From Anthoceros angustus (lineage: Eukaryota > Plantae > Anthocerotophyta): a stretch of DNA of 64,000 bases. Below, piece after piece: positions 1 to 11,169 of the stretch; positions within the stretch are counted from its first letter, which is position 1; the number at the start of each line of letters is the position of its first letter. Location of the stretch: NCBI GenBank assembly GCA_010909165.1, contig MU008164.1:2046001-2110000 (forward strand), in the 5' to 3' direction. The translations under genes were made by a program, and so were the position numbers. The notes beneath the pieces were generated by a model. The model did no database searches. It had not been told where the DNA came from and saw only the letters and a program-made list of their open reading frames with translations.

Positions 1-59
1 ATTTGAGTGTCATTTACTACTTGTGTTTTCACTTTGTAGAACAACCACACCACCGTTTC

Positions 60-620
60 TATGTCCTTATTTTTTCAACCACGGCACCACCTCTATGTCC
101 TTATTTTTTCAACCTCGGCACCACCTCTATGTCCTTATTTTTTCACTACGGTATTACCTCTCTGTCCTTATTTTTTCACTACGGTACCGCCTCTCTATCC
201 TTATTTTCTCACTACAATACCACCTCTCTGTTCTTATTTTCTTAGTATGGTGAAAAGCCCGGCACCACCTTTACGTCTGCAAGTGCGGCCCATCATACAT
301 GACACTTTTCAATTATAAAATAAGCACCATGTTCACGTCCTCTCTGTCCTTATTTTCTTACTATGGTGAATAAGCCCGGCACCACCTTCATGTTTGCAAG
401 TGCGGCCTATCATACATAACACTTTTCAATTATAAAATAAGTACCACCTCTATGTCCTTGTTTTTGCGGCCCATCATACATGACACTTTTCAATTATAAA
501 ATAAGCACCACCTCCTTGTCCTTGTTTTTTACCTCCATGTCCTTGTTTTTTCACTATGGGGAATAAGCACGGCACCACCTTCACGTCTACAAGTGCGGCC
601 CATCATACATAACACTTTTC
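60..620. repeat. Degenerate minisatellite mosaic (~30-bp CACCTCTATGTCCTTATTTTT units plus longer AAGTGCGGCCCATCATACATGACACTTTTCAATT units)
   Basis: Motifs recur directly; the overlapping ORFs are low-complexity translations of the repeat. Confidence 0.75.
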
Positions 621-989
621 AATTGTAGAATAAGTACCACTCTGGTTTTTTCTAATGTAGAACAAGCACAGCACCACAACACCATCTCCAGCACCACAAC
701 ACCATCTCCAGCACCACAACACCATCTCCACGCTGTGCATATAAATGCCACAATCCAATTGTCCGGAATGCATATAGTGAACCCCAAATCTTTGTATCAC
801 TTTACAAGAGTCCAAAATGAACCCTTTACCCTTGTGTCACCCAAACTAGTTCAGTTTTCTCTATGACAATAAGATGGTTGTCGGGACTAGTGCACGAGGA
901 GCATGACTTTGTTTAGAAGGAATAAGTACATTTTGTTGGTGGTTCCAGCTTTAATAGCTTGTCCATGTAACCCATAAGCTCTCTTTGAG

Positions 990-1890
990 TTTGATCTCTT
1001 GTAAAATGGTTTGTTTAAAACCTTAAAGTTGCTTAGTTAAAAAAAAAAAAAGTGTTGTAATAAGGCGCAATATTGCAATAAAAAACTATGTCCCACGATT
1101 TACAGCCTGGTTTACAATTGAAATTTTGACTATGAAAATATTTTACTGATAATTGTTATAAAAAAATGGATAATTTTATAACATCTACATTTTAGAACGC
1201 AAGTTACAAGGAGCTAAATTATTTAAAATTATAATGACCCTAGTTGTAAAATGGACGTGGCCCTATACAACAAAAACTCTTTTTAATGCAAATTACAATG
1301 CTAAATTAGAGATATTTTTAAAAATAAAATATTGTGTTGTAGATATAGATTCATGTGTCGTAAAAGCAGTGTTGTAAAATTCAAGCTATTGCTGTAAGAG
1401 AAGTCCCGTTGTAAAAAGCGTATTGACTATCGTAAAAGTATTGTTGTAAAACACCAATAATTGTTGTAAAAGACACATTGTTGTAAAAAACGTATTATGT
1501 GTTGTAAAAGTCATTTTGTTAAACATAGGCCAACGTTGTAAGAGATAATTGTAATTAGAGTAGACGGCGTTACAAATCCCCTGAGTTGTAAAACACTCAA
1601 TATCGTTGTAAATAGACATTGTGTTGTAATTATGGTAGCTGACATAGTAACTATATTGAAACCCCATATTGAAAACTATAGTATGTTATAATCTTGCAAA
1701 CCCTCATTGTAAAAAGAGTGTCACGTTATCAAAATACATATTAAAAAAATACCCCATATTATAAAATATTAAATTTATATTATAAAGTATTAAAATTTAT
1801 ATAAAAATAATACGTGGGCTGAAAAACCCGTTGCAAAACGAACGGACCCCAGTTTTGAAGGGGTAGTAAAATGCTGGTTTTCTAGTAGTG
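990..1890. mobile_element. Right end of a CACTA (En/Spm)-like DNA transposon with AT-rich subterminal repeats
   Basis: TTTTCTAGTAGTG at 1878-1890 is the reverse complement of CACTACTAGAAAA, a typical CACTA TIR. Many TTGTAA/TTACAA motifs lie in both orientations just inside it. No matching left TIR found in the window. Confidence 0.55.
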
Positions 1891-1938
1891 AGACCCAAAA
1901 AAAAGGACTGACAGCAACTGCCTCTCTACGGGTGCATA

Positions 1939-2526
1939 CCGCTCAGGAGAGTTCAGAATTTCGGAACAGAAGACAGAGAAATGACGTGTGGGTGGCAGCT
2001 CAAGCCTGATGGGGTGCGTAGGAGCTAGGTCGGTGATGGGCCAAATTCGAAGCAGCCTGCAGGACATTGATGTATCACAGTTTGAAACAACTCGACCCCT
2101 CACCTTAGGCACGATCTAATGCAAAAAGGCAACAAGCCGTATGCAAATGACAAACCCTCATAAGCCTTCAAAGACTGATCTGCAGCTTGAACTCTGCCAG
2201 ATAGCGAAGGTAATCACCTTTCCTGCCATCAAAAATGGCATCAAATGCGAGCTTCAGGACAGCCCCTTACATGTGCAGATTCCAACCGAGATGTGGGTCA
2301 GATCCTACATCTTGTAGTAGAAGACAGTAGATTCTCCAGTTGAAGATGAAGGAATCAGGTGCTCATCAACGATTGACAGTCTATCCCTGGACTTCTTGGA
2401 GACAATTCAGGTTCAACTCTGTGCCGACTTGATGCGCTTCACATTTTGGTCATTTCCATTACTCTCCTCCTGCTGTTCAATGGATGACATGATCCCCCAC
2501 GAAAGATATGAGATATCAACCATCTC
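1939..2526 (-). pseudogene. GRF: 14-3-3 (GRF/GF14) pseudogene with introns
   Basis: Minus-strand pieces: [51 protein letters not shown]|KGDYLRYLAEFK, AADQSLKAYE|, TDLAPTHPIRL..FSVFCSEILNSPER. GT-AG introns are kept; internal deletions and frameshifts; 3' exons absent. Confidence 0.9.
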
Positions 2527-3495
2527 TGCGACAACAGTAGGGCAACCTCCACCGCCAACCGCGAATGCACACATATGCCACTATTAACCACAAGTGCTGC
2601 CAGTCTGATAACTCTTCCACACACGCCAGCCAAATTTGCTTGCGGACCCCGGGTGCCATCGAAGCCTCAGCTTGATCAGACACTGATGTCTCTTACATAT
2701 TTGACATTTGTTGACGTTAGTTCAGAAAACGTTCACGCCGAGATCGAGCACAGGACGTCAGGTCAAGACTCTTCAAGTTCCTGCGAGTACTTCCATTCAG
2801 TCCTTCATCCTGGACCCGGTTAACGATTTAGTCTCGTTTGAGTGTAGATCGTGCTTAGATAGTTACCAACCCCCGGAGCCGGTCTTGGACAAGAGAGTAA
2901 GATGAGGAGTTGGGCGGATTGAAGACCGACACCGTAACAGGCTATGTGATTCGCACATTTTAGGACAGAGGGCCGACTCGGATCTTCAGTCTCCGCCAGC
3001 GACAGGAAGCTGAGGGATTGAGCTAGGGCAGCACGGTCGCCAGAGCGATGACACTCGACTCCCCCTGAGTTTGAAAAATAAATGCCCAGTACCTCAGGAC
3101 ATCTGGATCTCATCCCTGGGAGCGACCGCTCGACCATCGGGCTGAGAAACCATTGGACTGGAGAATTCAGATGCGCACCGGTGCTTCTCTCGCGGTGCAC
3201 ACACCAATTTGAACCAACGCCGAGAGCACGTCGGGCCCCCGAAATGCACCGCTTCGAGCCCACTGGCAATGAAGAGGAGATGAGGAGACGGAAGGACGTC
3301 GACGTTCCTTCACACAGAAGATGATTCCACCTTCGGAGTACCATCGCAACAAAAGAAATGCGGTAACTTCACGCGCCCACATACACTGCAAGGATAACAA
3401 CAAGCGTCAATCTATGAAGCATGGACACAGACATCGGAATCAAGACAAAATAGGAACATTCCTTACAGCAAAGAAGCATGCAACAAGGAAACAGT

Positions 3496-3573
3496 GGATC
3501 AGACAACTTCCTGGCTTGGAATATCGCAAAATCGAATCAAATTCGATCATTTGGGGAAAGTATCATCTTGTCC
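3496..3573 (-). ncRNA. Box C/D snoRNA copy 1 (SNORD12/snR190-like; degenerate box C AAGATGA)
   Basis: GGAC-AAGATGA-TACTTTCCCCAA-ATGA...CCAAGCCAGGAAGTTGT-CTGA-TCC; 78 nt with terminal stem. Confidence 0.7.
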
Positions 3574-3690
3574 AGGTGCAGAGCGCAGCAGCCGCTCGCG
3601 ACAGAGACGAGTCCAAAACCACGCATCAAAGGTACACATAAATAACAGACCCTGACCCACATACCCAAGATGATTAAAAAGACTCACTAA

Positions 3691-3768
3691 AGATCAGACG
3701 AGTTCCTGGCTTGGAATAAAGCACAATCGAATCATATTCGATCATTTGGGGAAAGTATCATCATATCC
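3691..3768 (-). ncRNA. Box C/D snoRNA copy 2 (SNORD12/snR190-like)
   Basis: GGAT-ATGATGA (box C), guide TACTTTCCCCAA, D' ATGA, C' ATGATT, box D CTGA, terminal stem. Confidence 0.8.
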
Positions 3769-3819
3769 AAAACCCTACCCCTAGACACATGCTCTGCCAC
3801 TGAGACGATAAAATTAAAC

Positions 3820-3897
3820 GGATCAGATAAGTTCCTGGCTTGGAATATCGCAAACTCGAATCATATTCGATCATTTGGGGAAAGTATCATCATATCC
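3820..3897 (-). ncRNA. Box C/D snoRNA copy 3 (SNORD12/snR190-like)
   Basis: Same layout: GGAT-ATGATGA...CTGA-TCC, guide CTTTCCCC before D'. Confidence 0.85.
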
Positions 3898-3948
3898 AAA
3901 ACCCTAACCCTAAAAACACGTCACACCACTGAGACGAGGAAATGAAAC

Positions 3949-4026
3949 GGATCAGACAAGTTCCTGGCTTGGAATATCGCAAAGTCGAATCATATTCGAT
4001 CATTTGGGGAAAGTGTCATCACATCC
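3949..4026 (-). ncRNA. Box C/D snoRNA copy 4 (SNORD12/snR190-like)
   Basis: GGAT-GTGATGA-CACTTTCCCCAA-ATGA-TCGAAT-ATGATT...CCAAGCCAGGAACTTGT-CTGA-TCC. Confidence 0.85.
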
Positions 4027-4128
4027 ATTTCAAGGAACACACAACAGACGACAGGACAGCAAATGCAACAGGCCATGTAATCCAGGATTACTTGACCCAC
4101 ATCAGAGAATGTGTACACCCTCAATGAG

Positions 4129-4247
4129 TCAGAAAAGCAAGGATGTGTTTGTCCGGGTGGCAGAACGCCTCACCAGCAGATGACCTGCAGCTGTGGGCTG
4201 CCTGATAAGCCACCCAGGAAGACTAGAACACACGGTTACAACATCAT
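4129..4247 (-). ncRNA. Possible longer box C/D RNA with internal hairpin
   Basis: Imperfect box C (ATGATGT) and CTGA flank a stem pairing GTGTGTT/TCCTGGGTGGC with GCCACCCGGA/AAACACAT; same strand as the snoRNA cluster and directly upstream of it. Confidence 0.3.
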
Positions 4248-4678
4248 TATAAGGAAGATCACTCACACACATCTGGAGATGACCGGGTATGGCTTCAAAA
4301 ACTTGGGCCCGTTGCGTTTCCCCTTCCGCGATCGAGTGATCTGCGTACATCATCCAGGAGAAACGAAATGAGGTAATAGCAGCAAGAAAGGTTCATAATA
4401 GGGAGGTGTAATCATTCCAACCTTGCTCTTCGGCACGCCCAGCTCCATGGCTCCAGGCAGCCCACCGTGCCCAGGGACGACGCCAGAAGATGGCAGCGAT
4501 ACACTTGGGACGGAATCCCAGTTCAACGGTGAAGATGAGAGGAGGCCAGGCAAGCCACTTCGGACAAACCCTAAACCACCAACCTCGTACAGGGAGGCAA
4601 GGGCGCCGGCAGCCCTCAAACCCGCCCGGCTGGCGCTAGCCATTAGGCAAGAGATACTAGACGGGGGCATCTAGCACG

Positions 4679-4720
4679 CTTATATAGCACAAAGTAGGGG
4701 CGGCCTCTCAAAAACCCTAA
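4679..4720 (-). promoter_or_regulatory. Putative promoter of the snoRNA host transcript (TATA box plus telo-box)
   Basis: CTATATAAG on the minus strand at 4679-4687; AAACCCTAA at 4712-4720; GAG|GTTGGT donor at about 4583. Telo-boxes are typical of plant ribosome-biogenesis and snoRNA genes. Confidence 0.5.
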
Positions 4721-4807
4721 ACACCCAACCGGCGATTCTCAAATTATTCGCAAATAGTACATATGTTCTTCAATTTATCATACCTCTCGAAATAGCAAAA
4801 GAGATCG

Positions 4808-6380
4808 ATGTCGGTCGATAACAAACATCCTAGCCTGTGTTTCATCTCAACCAGCGCAGATGGCGCATCGATCGGAGAGCAGGATGGAGATGCCGATGGA
4901 GCCAGAGCTGGCCTGGTGGGATTCTCAGATGAGGAGGGCCACAGAGAATGTGGAGAATCGAGGGAGCCTATTGAAACATTTGAGCTCCTGGTGCAGCGGG
5001 TTTGTTATGTTACCAATTCTATTTTCTACATTGTGCGGAAGAAGTGCATTGCAGAGAAGGACTTGTGTGCTAGGCTGGGGCATACTCTGGCTGTCGGAAG
5101 TGAGTACGAGCGAGACGCTTTCTCGTCTGACCACGTCATTGGTATGTGTGCCTCGCATGGCAAGTTGGACATGTGGTGACATGGGATGCCATGATCGCAG
5201 GATACATTCGACGGGGGCTCGGGGATGAAGCGCTGGCTTTGTATGCAAGTGTGCAGGAGGAGGCCATCACGCCAGCCGATCATGTTACATTTGTGTGCCT
5301 GCTTCCAGCATGTGCCAGTGTGGGATCCCTGGTGCAGGGTCTGCAGCTTCATTCACAGATTCGTGGAAGGGGCGTGGAAGAGGATGTGCGAGCGGGTACC
5401 TCTTTGGTGGACGTGTATGCAAAATGTGGGAGCTTGGGAGATGCTGGGAGGGTTTTCCACAGCTTGCCTACAAGAGATGAGGTGCGTTGGAATCCCATGA
5501 TCACAGGACAGTGTCAGCAGGGGCTTGGTCAAGATGCCCTGGCTCTGTATTCGGCTACGCAACAAGAAGGCATCACTACGTTTGTATGCCTTCTTCAGGC
5601 ATGCGCCAGCGTGAGAGCTTTGCAGCAGGGAATGCAGCTGCATTCAGTGATTGGTGAAAGGGGCCTCGAAGGTCATGTGCTAGTTGGTAAGAGTTTTGTG
5701 GACATGTATGCGAAATGTGGGAACTTGGAGGAGGCTCGCAGAGTGTTTGACACGTCGCGCACAAGAGACTTAGTGACCTGGAGAGTCTTGTTCAATGGGT
5801 ATGCGGAACACAGCAATGGCGAAATGGCCAGTCAGTGCTTAAAAGAGTTGATCAGGTAGGGTGTCCAGCCAGATGCCACGACTTTCATCTGCTTTTTTGT
5901 TGCCTGCAGTCATTCCGGCCTGGTACACGAGGGCCAATAGTATTTCAAGATGATGGAGGAGGACTATGGGTTTGTGTAAACCGGCTGTCACTACAACTGC
6001 ATGGTGGATCTCCTCGGCCTGTCAGGCCATCTAGACGAAGCGGAGAGACTGCGGCGAACCAGATTACTTCCAAATGGGGGTGGGCTGGAAAGATTTTCTG
6101 AGTGCTTGCAATAGCCACGGTGATGTTGAGCGTGGAAGGCGATGCTTTGAGCATCTTGGATACCTGAATTCAGACGATGCCAGTCCATAGGTGCTGCTGG
6201 GTAAAATCTATGCGAACGCAGGCTCACAGTATGCAAGCAGATGACCGAGCTTTCCTGTAAGATGAAGACTGTGAACACGAGGTTGAAGGAGGAGGGGGGC
6301 CATTCCTCACACACACAGCTGGTCCTCAAGGCAGTGTCCGAGCAGGAGAAGGAGGATTCCTTGTGTGGGCATGCAGAAAA
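4808..6380 (+). pseudogene. PLS-class PPR pseudogene with truncated DYW:KP-type domain
   Basis: PPR motifs (VTWDAMIAGY, DVYAKCGSLGDAGRVF, VACSHSGLVHEG, HYNCMVDLLG) split by frameshifts and TAG stops (5857, 5938); ends RLKEEGGH..EQEKEDSLCGHAEK. Confidence 0.85.
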
Positions 6381-8720
6381 GCCAAGCATCCACCATCATC
6401 GTGAACCGGAGAGTAGAGGCCTTCTCCTTCTTCCTATTGAAGTGCGGAGTCAAAGGGATTCCAGGAATGATGTGGACAGAGCAGGTCTTCTCCTTTCTTT
6501 GGTTGCTTTTAAAGGAGGTGGACAGAAGAGTTCCGTAGACAACTGAGGTTACTCCATTGGTTTGTTGCTCAGCAGAAGGATGTGCAAATGGCCTGCCTTT
6601 GGCGGAATCCCGCCTCCCAGTGTGCGAAGCAGGGTTGCAACAGGTTGTGACTGCTCAGGTTCTTTCACTAGATCAATTGAGAGCAGGCCTAGTGGAAAAC
6701 GACATCAGAACGAAGCACGTACTTCGCACCTCTGGCAACTACCTTCGCTTCGTGGAACATACACTCGCGTCCATGGAGGTGGAACAGAGCCATGCCGGCC
6801 ACTCAAGCAACCAACAGGAAAATTTCCAGGCCTCAGCAGCCCTGTCCCACATACAGCACACACAAGATGGAAGCATGCAAGATGGTGTCTCTCACCTCCG
6901 CAACCACGCGTCTCCTGTCATAGAAAACTGTCTCCCCTCCGACCAATGCATCCTTTCTGGACTATTCCCTTCCTGACAGGTACACCAGAAGAGTGTACTC
7001 CGACGCATGCCTCCACCAAGTGCCACACTCTCATCGACGTGCTTCCCAAACCTCTGACCTGCCACATACCCGCATGGTGAAGCTTCAGGATGCAGCAGCA
7101 GCAGCCCCAAGCCACGGCACGAACACTGCCTTACGCTCACCTGTAGAACCGGATGTCGGGGTTCAGGCCAACCGCTCTCCTGCCTCTGACTCTCATGTCC
7201 TCAAATAAGGATGCCAGCCCAGCTTCCCAAATCCTTTCTGCCAACACAGGACTCTGCAGCACACACGGCCGTTGTCTCTGTAGGCCTCTCCTCTGGCGGG
7301 CCCCCCGCTGCCCTGCAGCACAAACCCAAGTGCCTCTGAAGGGTGCACAAAGGCTTCACATTCCTTCGTGGACAGGAACATGGGGACCTGCAATACAGGT
7401 ATGCTCTCAATTCCATTAAACTCTCTTCTCAAGAGGTCAGATCCACTATCCAATCCTGCAGCAAGCAAAGGCAAAGCAAAGCAGAAAGAGGATATTACAG
7501 TGAACAAATCCGAGCCCACAGCTGGTCCTCAAGGCAGTGTCCGAGCAGGAGAAGGAGGATTCCTTGTGTGGGCATGCAGAAAGCCAAGCATCCACCATCA
7601 TCGTGAACCGGAGAGAGGCCTTCTCCTTCTTCCTATTGAAGTGCGGAGTCAAAGGGATTCCAGGAATGATGTGGACAGAGCAGGTCTTCTCCTTTCTTTG
7701 GTTGCTTTTAAAGGAGGTGGACAGAAGAGTTCCGTGAGACAACTGAGGTTACTCCATTGGTTTGTTGCTCAGCAGAAGGATGTGCAAATGGCCTGCCTTT
7801 GGCGGAATCCGCCTCCCAGTGTGCGAAGCAGGGTTGCAACAGGTTGTGACTGCTCAGGTTCTTTCACTAGATCAATTGAGAGCAGGCCTAGTGGAAAACG
7901 ACATCAGAACGAAGCACGTACTTCGCACCTCTGGCAACTACCTTCGCTTCGTGGAACATACACTCGCGTCCATGGAGGTGGAACAGAGCCATGCCGGCCA
8001 CTCAAGCAACCAACAGGAAAATTTCCAGGCCTCAGCAGCCCTGTCCCACATACAGCACACACAAGATGGAAGCATGCAAGATGGTGTCTCTCACCTCCGC
8101 AACCACGCGTCTCCTGTCATAGAAAACTGTCTCCCCTCCGACCAATGCATCCTTTCTGGACTATTCCCTTCCTGACAGGTACACCAGAAGAGTGTACTCC
8201 GACGCATGCCCTCCACCAAGTGCCACACTCTCATCGACGTGCTTCCCAAACCTCTGACCTGCCACATACCCGCATGGTGAAGCTTCAGGATGCAGCAGCA
8301 GCAGCCCCCAAGCCACGGCACGAACACTGCCTTACGCTCACCTGTAGAACCGGATGTCGGGGTTCAGGCCAACCGCTCTCCTGCCTCTGACTCTCATGTC
8401 CTCAAATAAGGATGCCAGCCCAGCTTCCCAAATCCTTTCTGCCAACACAGGACTCTGCAGCACACACGGCCGTTGTCTCTGTAGGCCTCTCCTCTGGCAG
8501 GCCCCCGCTGCCCTGCACAAACCCAAGTGCCTCTGAAGGGTGCACAAAGGCTTCACATTCCTTCGTGGACAGGAACATGGGGACCTGCAATACAGGTATG
8601 CTCTCAATTCCATTAAACTCTCTTCTCAAGAGGTCAGATCCACTATCCAATCCTGCAGCAAGCAAAGGCAAAGCAAAGCAGAAAGAGGATATTACAGTGA
8701 ACAAATCCGAGCCCCGCAGC
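6312..8720. repeat. ~1.2-kb near-identical tandem duplication
   Basis: 6312-7516 is repeated at 7517-8720; differences are mostly 1-3-nt indels; junction microhomology CAGCTGGT. Confidence 0.9.
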
Positions 8721-10225
8721 TGGTTCAAGCCCAAGAAGAAGAAGAAGAATTTTATTTGAGTCCACTAAGGACGGATTTCCGTCCAAGGCAGCATTTCCCG
8801 CCCTCAGAGCTGGCCACGTGCTTGCCTCTGCTTCGGCCTCTCCTGCCCTAGCCTGGCCCTGCCTCGACATCGAGCCTCTGCTTTGGAATGTGGTGTTTAC
8901 GACCCCGATCTCCTTACAGGCATCTAAAAGAGACCCAGAAAAGCAAAGATCCAGAGAAGCTTGCGTTCTCGTCCAGGCGGAAGTGTCGGGGAAGGTGAAG
9001 TAACGCAGACCTAGCCTGCGGGAAAAAAAGCATGTCTCCACGTCTCTTGGCTTTACTCTGTGTGACCGATTAGTCTCTGTTTTCATCTTCCAGACCGGGG
9101 GTAGTTCCGTTGCAAATGGTCTTGCACGAATGTCGGAGTCGTGAATTGTTGAGGCTATCAATTGGCAGGGGCAGCAGACAGAAGGCTATGCCTGTAGCAG
9201 CCAAATTGATGAGCCTCACAGGGAGAAGACCGGATTTGGTGAAGCAGGTCTGCGAAGCTATTTTGAGGTGTTGGAGAAGATAGGTAGTTACTGCGATGAA
9301 ATCTCCAGCCGAGAGGTCAGATCCACAATCTAGTCTTACATCAAGGCTAAGGCAAAGCAAAGGAGAAAGAGGGCATTACCGTGAACAAATCCAAGGCCCG
9401 CAGCTCGTTCACTGCCCAAGGCAGCATTTCCCTTCCACAAAGCTGGCCACAAGCTGTGCAAGATCGCGCAGAGGAAAGGCGGGTGAGACCGGTAGCAGTT
9501 TCCTGTGATAGGGAGGATTTGAAGGAAGAGCTCGTTCGGAAGATCAGGGAACCAACGACATTGAACTAAAGTGAAGTAGGAGACTTTATTATGAAAAAGA
9601 GATGGAACCCATCAGGAGAAGAGGAACAGCCCAGGTCGCCTATCTTGTAAATGCCTACTGCACCGAGGATATCAAAATCGAGGATGCTAAAGGGCCTACC
9701 CACCACCGGTGCCAAAAAAGTCGCACCGTTGTCTTATACATTGCATTGGCCAATGCCCGTTGCAGGTGTCCACGTTGTCTATAGAAAGCCAGGTGTCCAC
9801 GTTGTCTATAGAAAGCCACGATACATGAAAGAGGGAAGCCATTCCTGCGGCTGTGATACTCCTAGCACAGATCTTAACGCGCCTTGCCCATGGCCCCATG
9901 GATCTCGATAGCAAGGGAATGAAATCGTGCCCTATTTCATAGAAGAGTACTTGTGAACCTTTGCCGTGGCATAGAAGAGTATTTGCGAACCTTCACCATG
10001 GCATAGAAAAATATTTGCGAACCTCTTCGCCGTGGCATAGAAGAGTACTTGCGAGCCTTCGCCTTGACACATCCTCCCCTGCCCACTCTGGAGGGTTCAG
10101 GATCACATGCTCACTGAGGGAATTTCGATAGGGTCAGTGACAACCATATCTGCAATCGAAACCTAGTCCCTGGGCCAAAAAATGTCCGCTCGGAGGGAAC
10201 CCGTTAGGCAGAGTATAAGGGCGCT

Positions 10226-10417
10226 TCATGTAGGGAAAGAAGCATCCTCCTTGGCCAACGAAAATATGACATCGTGAACAGCGTCATGTGTAGCAATGCG
10301 TTGCCTGCCCTGCAGGCAAGCAAGGTGAGTGCTCGAGTCGTCGTCGAGGGGCGCCACAAAGCTGCAAGCCAGAAGAGAGCAAGCCAAAGGCTGGACCAGG
10401 TCCAGACAAAACCTCAT
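10226..10417 (-). mobile_element. Remnant of the zinc-knuckle/RLE region of a non-LTR (CRE/R2-like) retroelement
   Basis: APLDDDSSTHLACLQGRQRIATHDAVHDVIFSLAKE resembles the H..C..G..RI..HD.VRD motif that follows RT in RLE-type LINEs; short and degenerate. Confidence 0.4.
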
Positions 10418-10669
10418 TGCGATAGAAAAAGAGGCTGGTGCGATTCGAAAAACCTGGATGCAAGGCCGAGCAAGAAGCCATCAACCTGCTCCCTTCCCTG
10501 AGCTAGAGCGAAGTCGAGCTCGAGCCGCCCTGGGGATGGACGAGTCCCGAAGAAGGGCCACTTGAACGTACCGATATTGCTTTTCCAAGAAGGACGCTTG
10601 AATCCAAGGCGCAGAATCCGGCCAGGCTCACGCAGGCCGAATGTGACGACATTGAACTTGGACACATCA

Positions 10670-11074
10670 CCCTATGTATGGATGTAACTGCAGACGAGTT
10701 CTTTAGTTGGAACGAGCGCGAACGGAAGAACCAGGAAGAATTAGGGTATCAAGGTTCGTCTTATGGACGGAACTAAAATTGCTGAGAAGTTGACATCATC
10801 TCCTCCATACGTGAGCGCTGTTATGGAAGTTGGTCGTCAGTTACGCACGCAAGACGCTGCAAGAAATTTGTCTCTAGAGTCGAATGCAGACTTTCTTGCG
10901 GATTGCAATACTGTTTTGGAATGCGATGTGCTGGTACAGGTGAAAGGAGAATGGAATGGCCAATGGCCGAGCTCTTATCAAGTGTACACACCTAGACGGA
11001 GATTTCCAACGATGGTTAGTGAAATTGGAATATCTCAAAGTCTTCTCCATCCATGCGGGAAGAAAAACCGGTAG
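10670..11074 (+). pseudogene. Degraded Uma2/DUF820-like PD-(D/E)xK endonuclease
   Basis: DVTADEFFSWNERE (other frame), then GIKVRLMDGTKIAEKLTSSPP.VSAVMEVGRQL...RFPTMVSEIGISQSL, resembling the PT.V.E.G.S.S motif of Uma2-type REases. Confidence 0.4.
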
Positions 11075-11169
11075 AGTTCTTCCCCTTCCATACACATGTA
11101 CATAGCATTGAAAAAAAATGATTTAAGAGCTATGATACTATGGAATACCGATCTAGTCACGCGGCATCC

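Noticed and set aside
3496-4026. CRISPR-like repeat-spacer array
   Set aside because: Units are 78 nt with box C/D motifs in eukaryotic DNA with no cas genes; a snoRNA cluster explains them.
5850-5945. TAG codons where CAG is expected in the first PPR, suggesting U-to-C rescue of a nuclear mRNA
   Set aside because: The same gene has frameshifts and deletions; ordinary C-to-T decay suffices, and U-to-C editing is known only in organelles.
7368-8390. 340-aa ORF
   Set aside because: It crosses the duplication junction and depends on indels that differ between the two copies.
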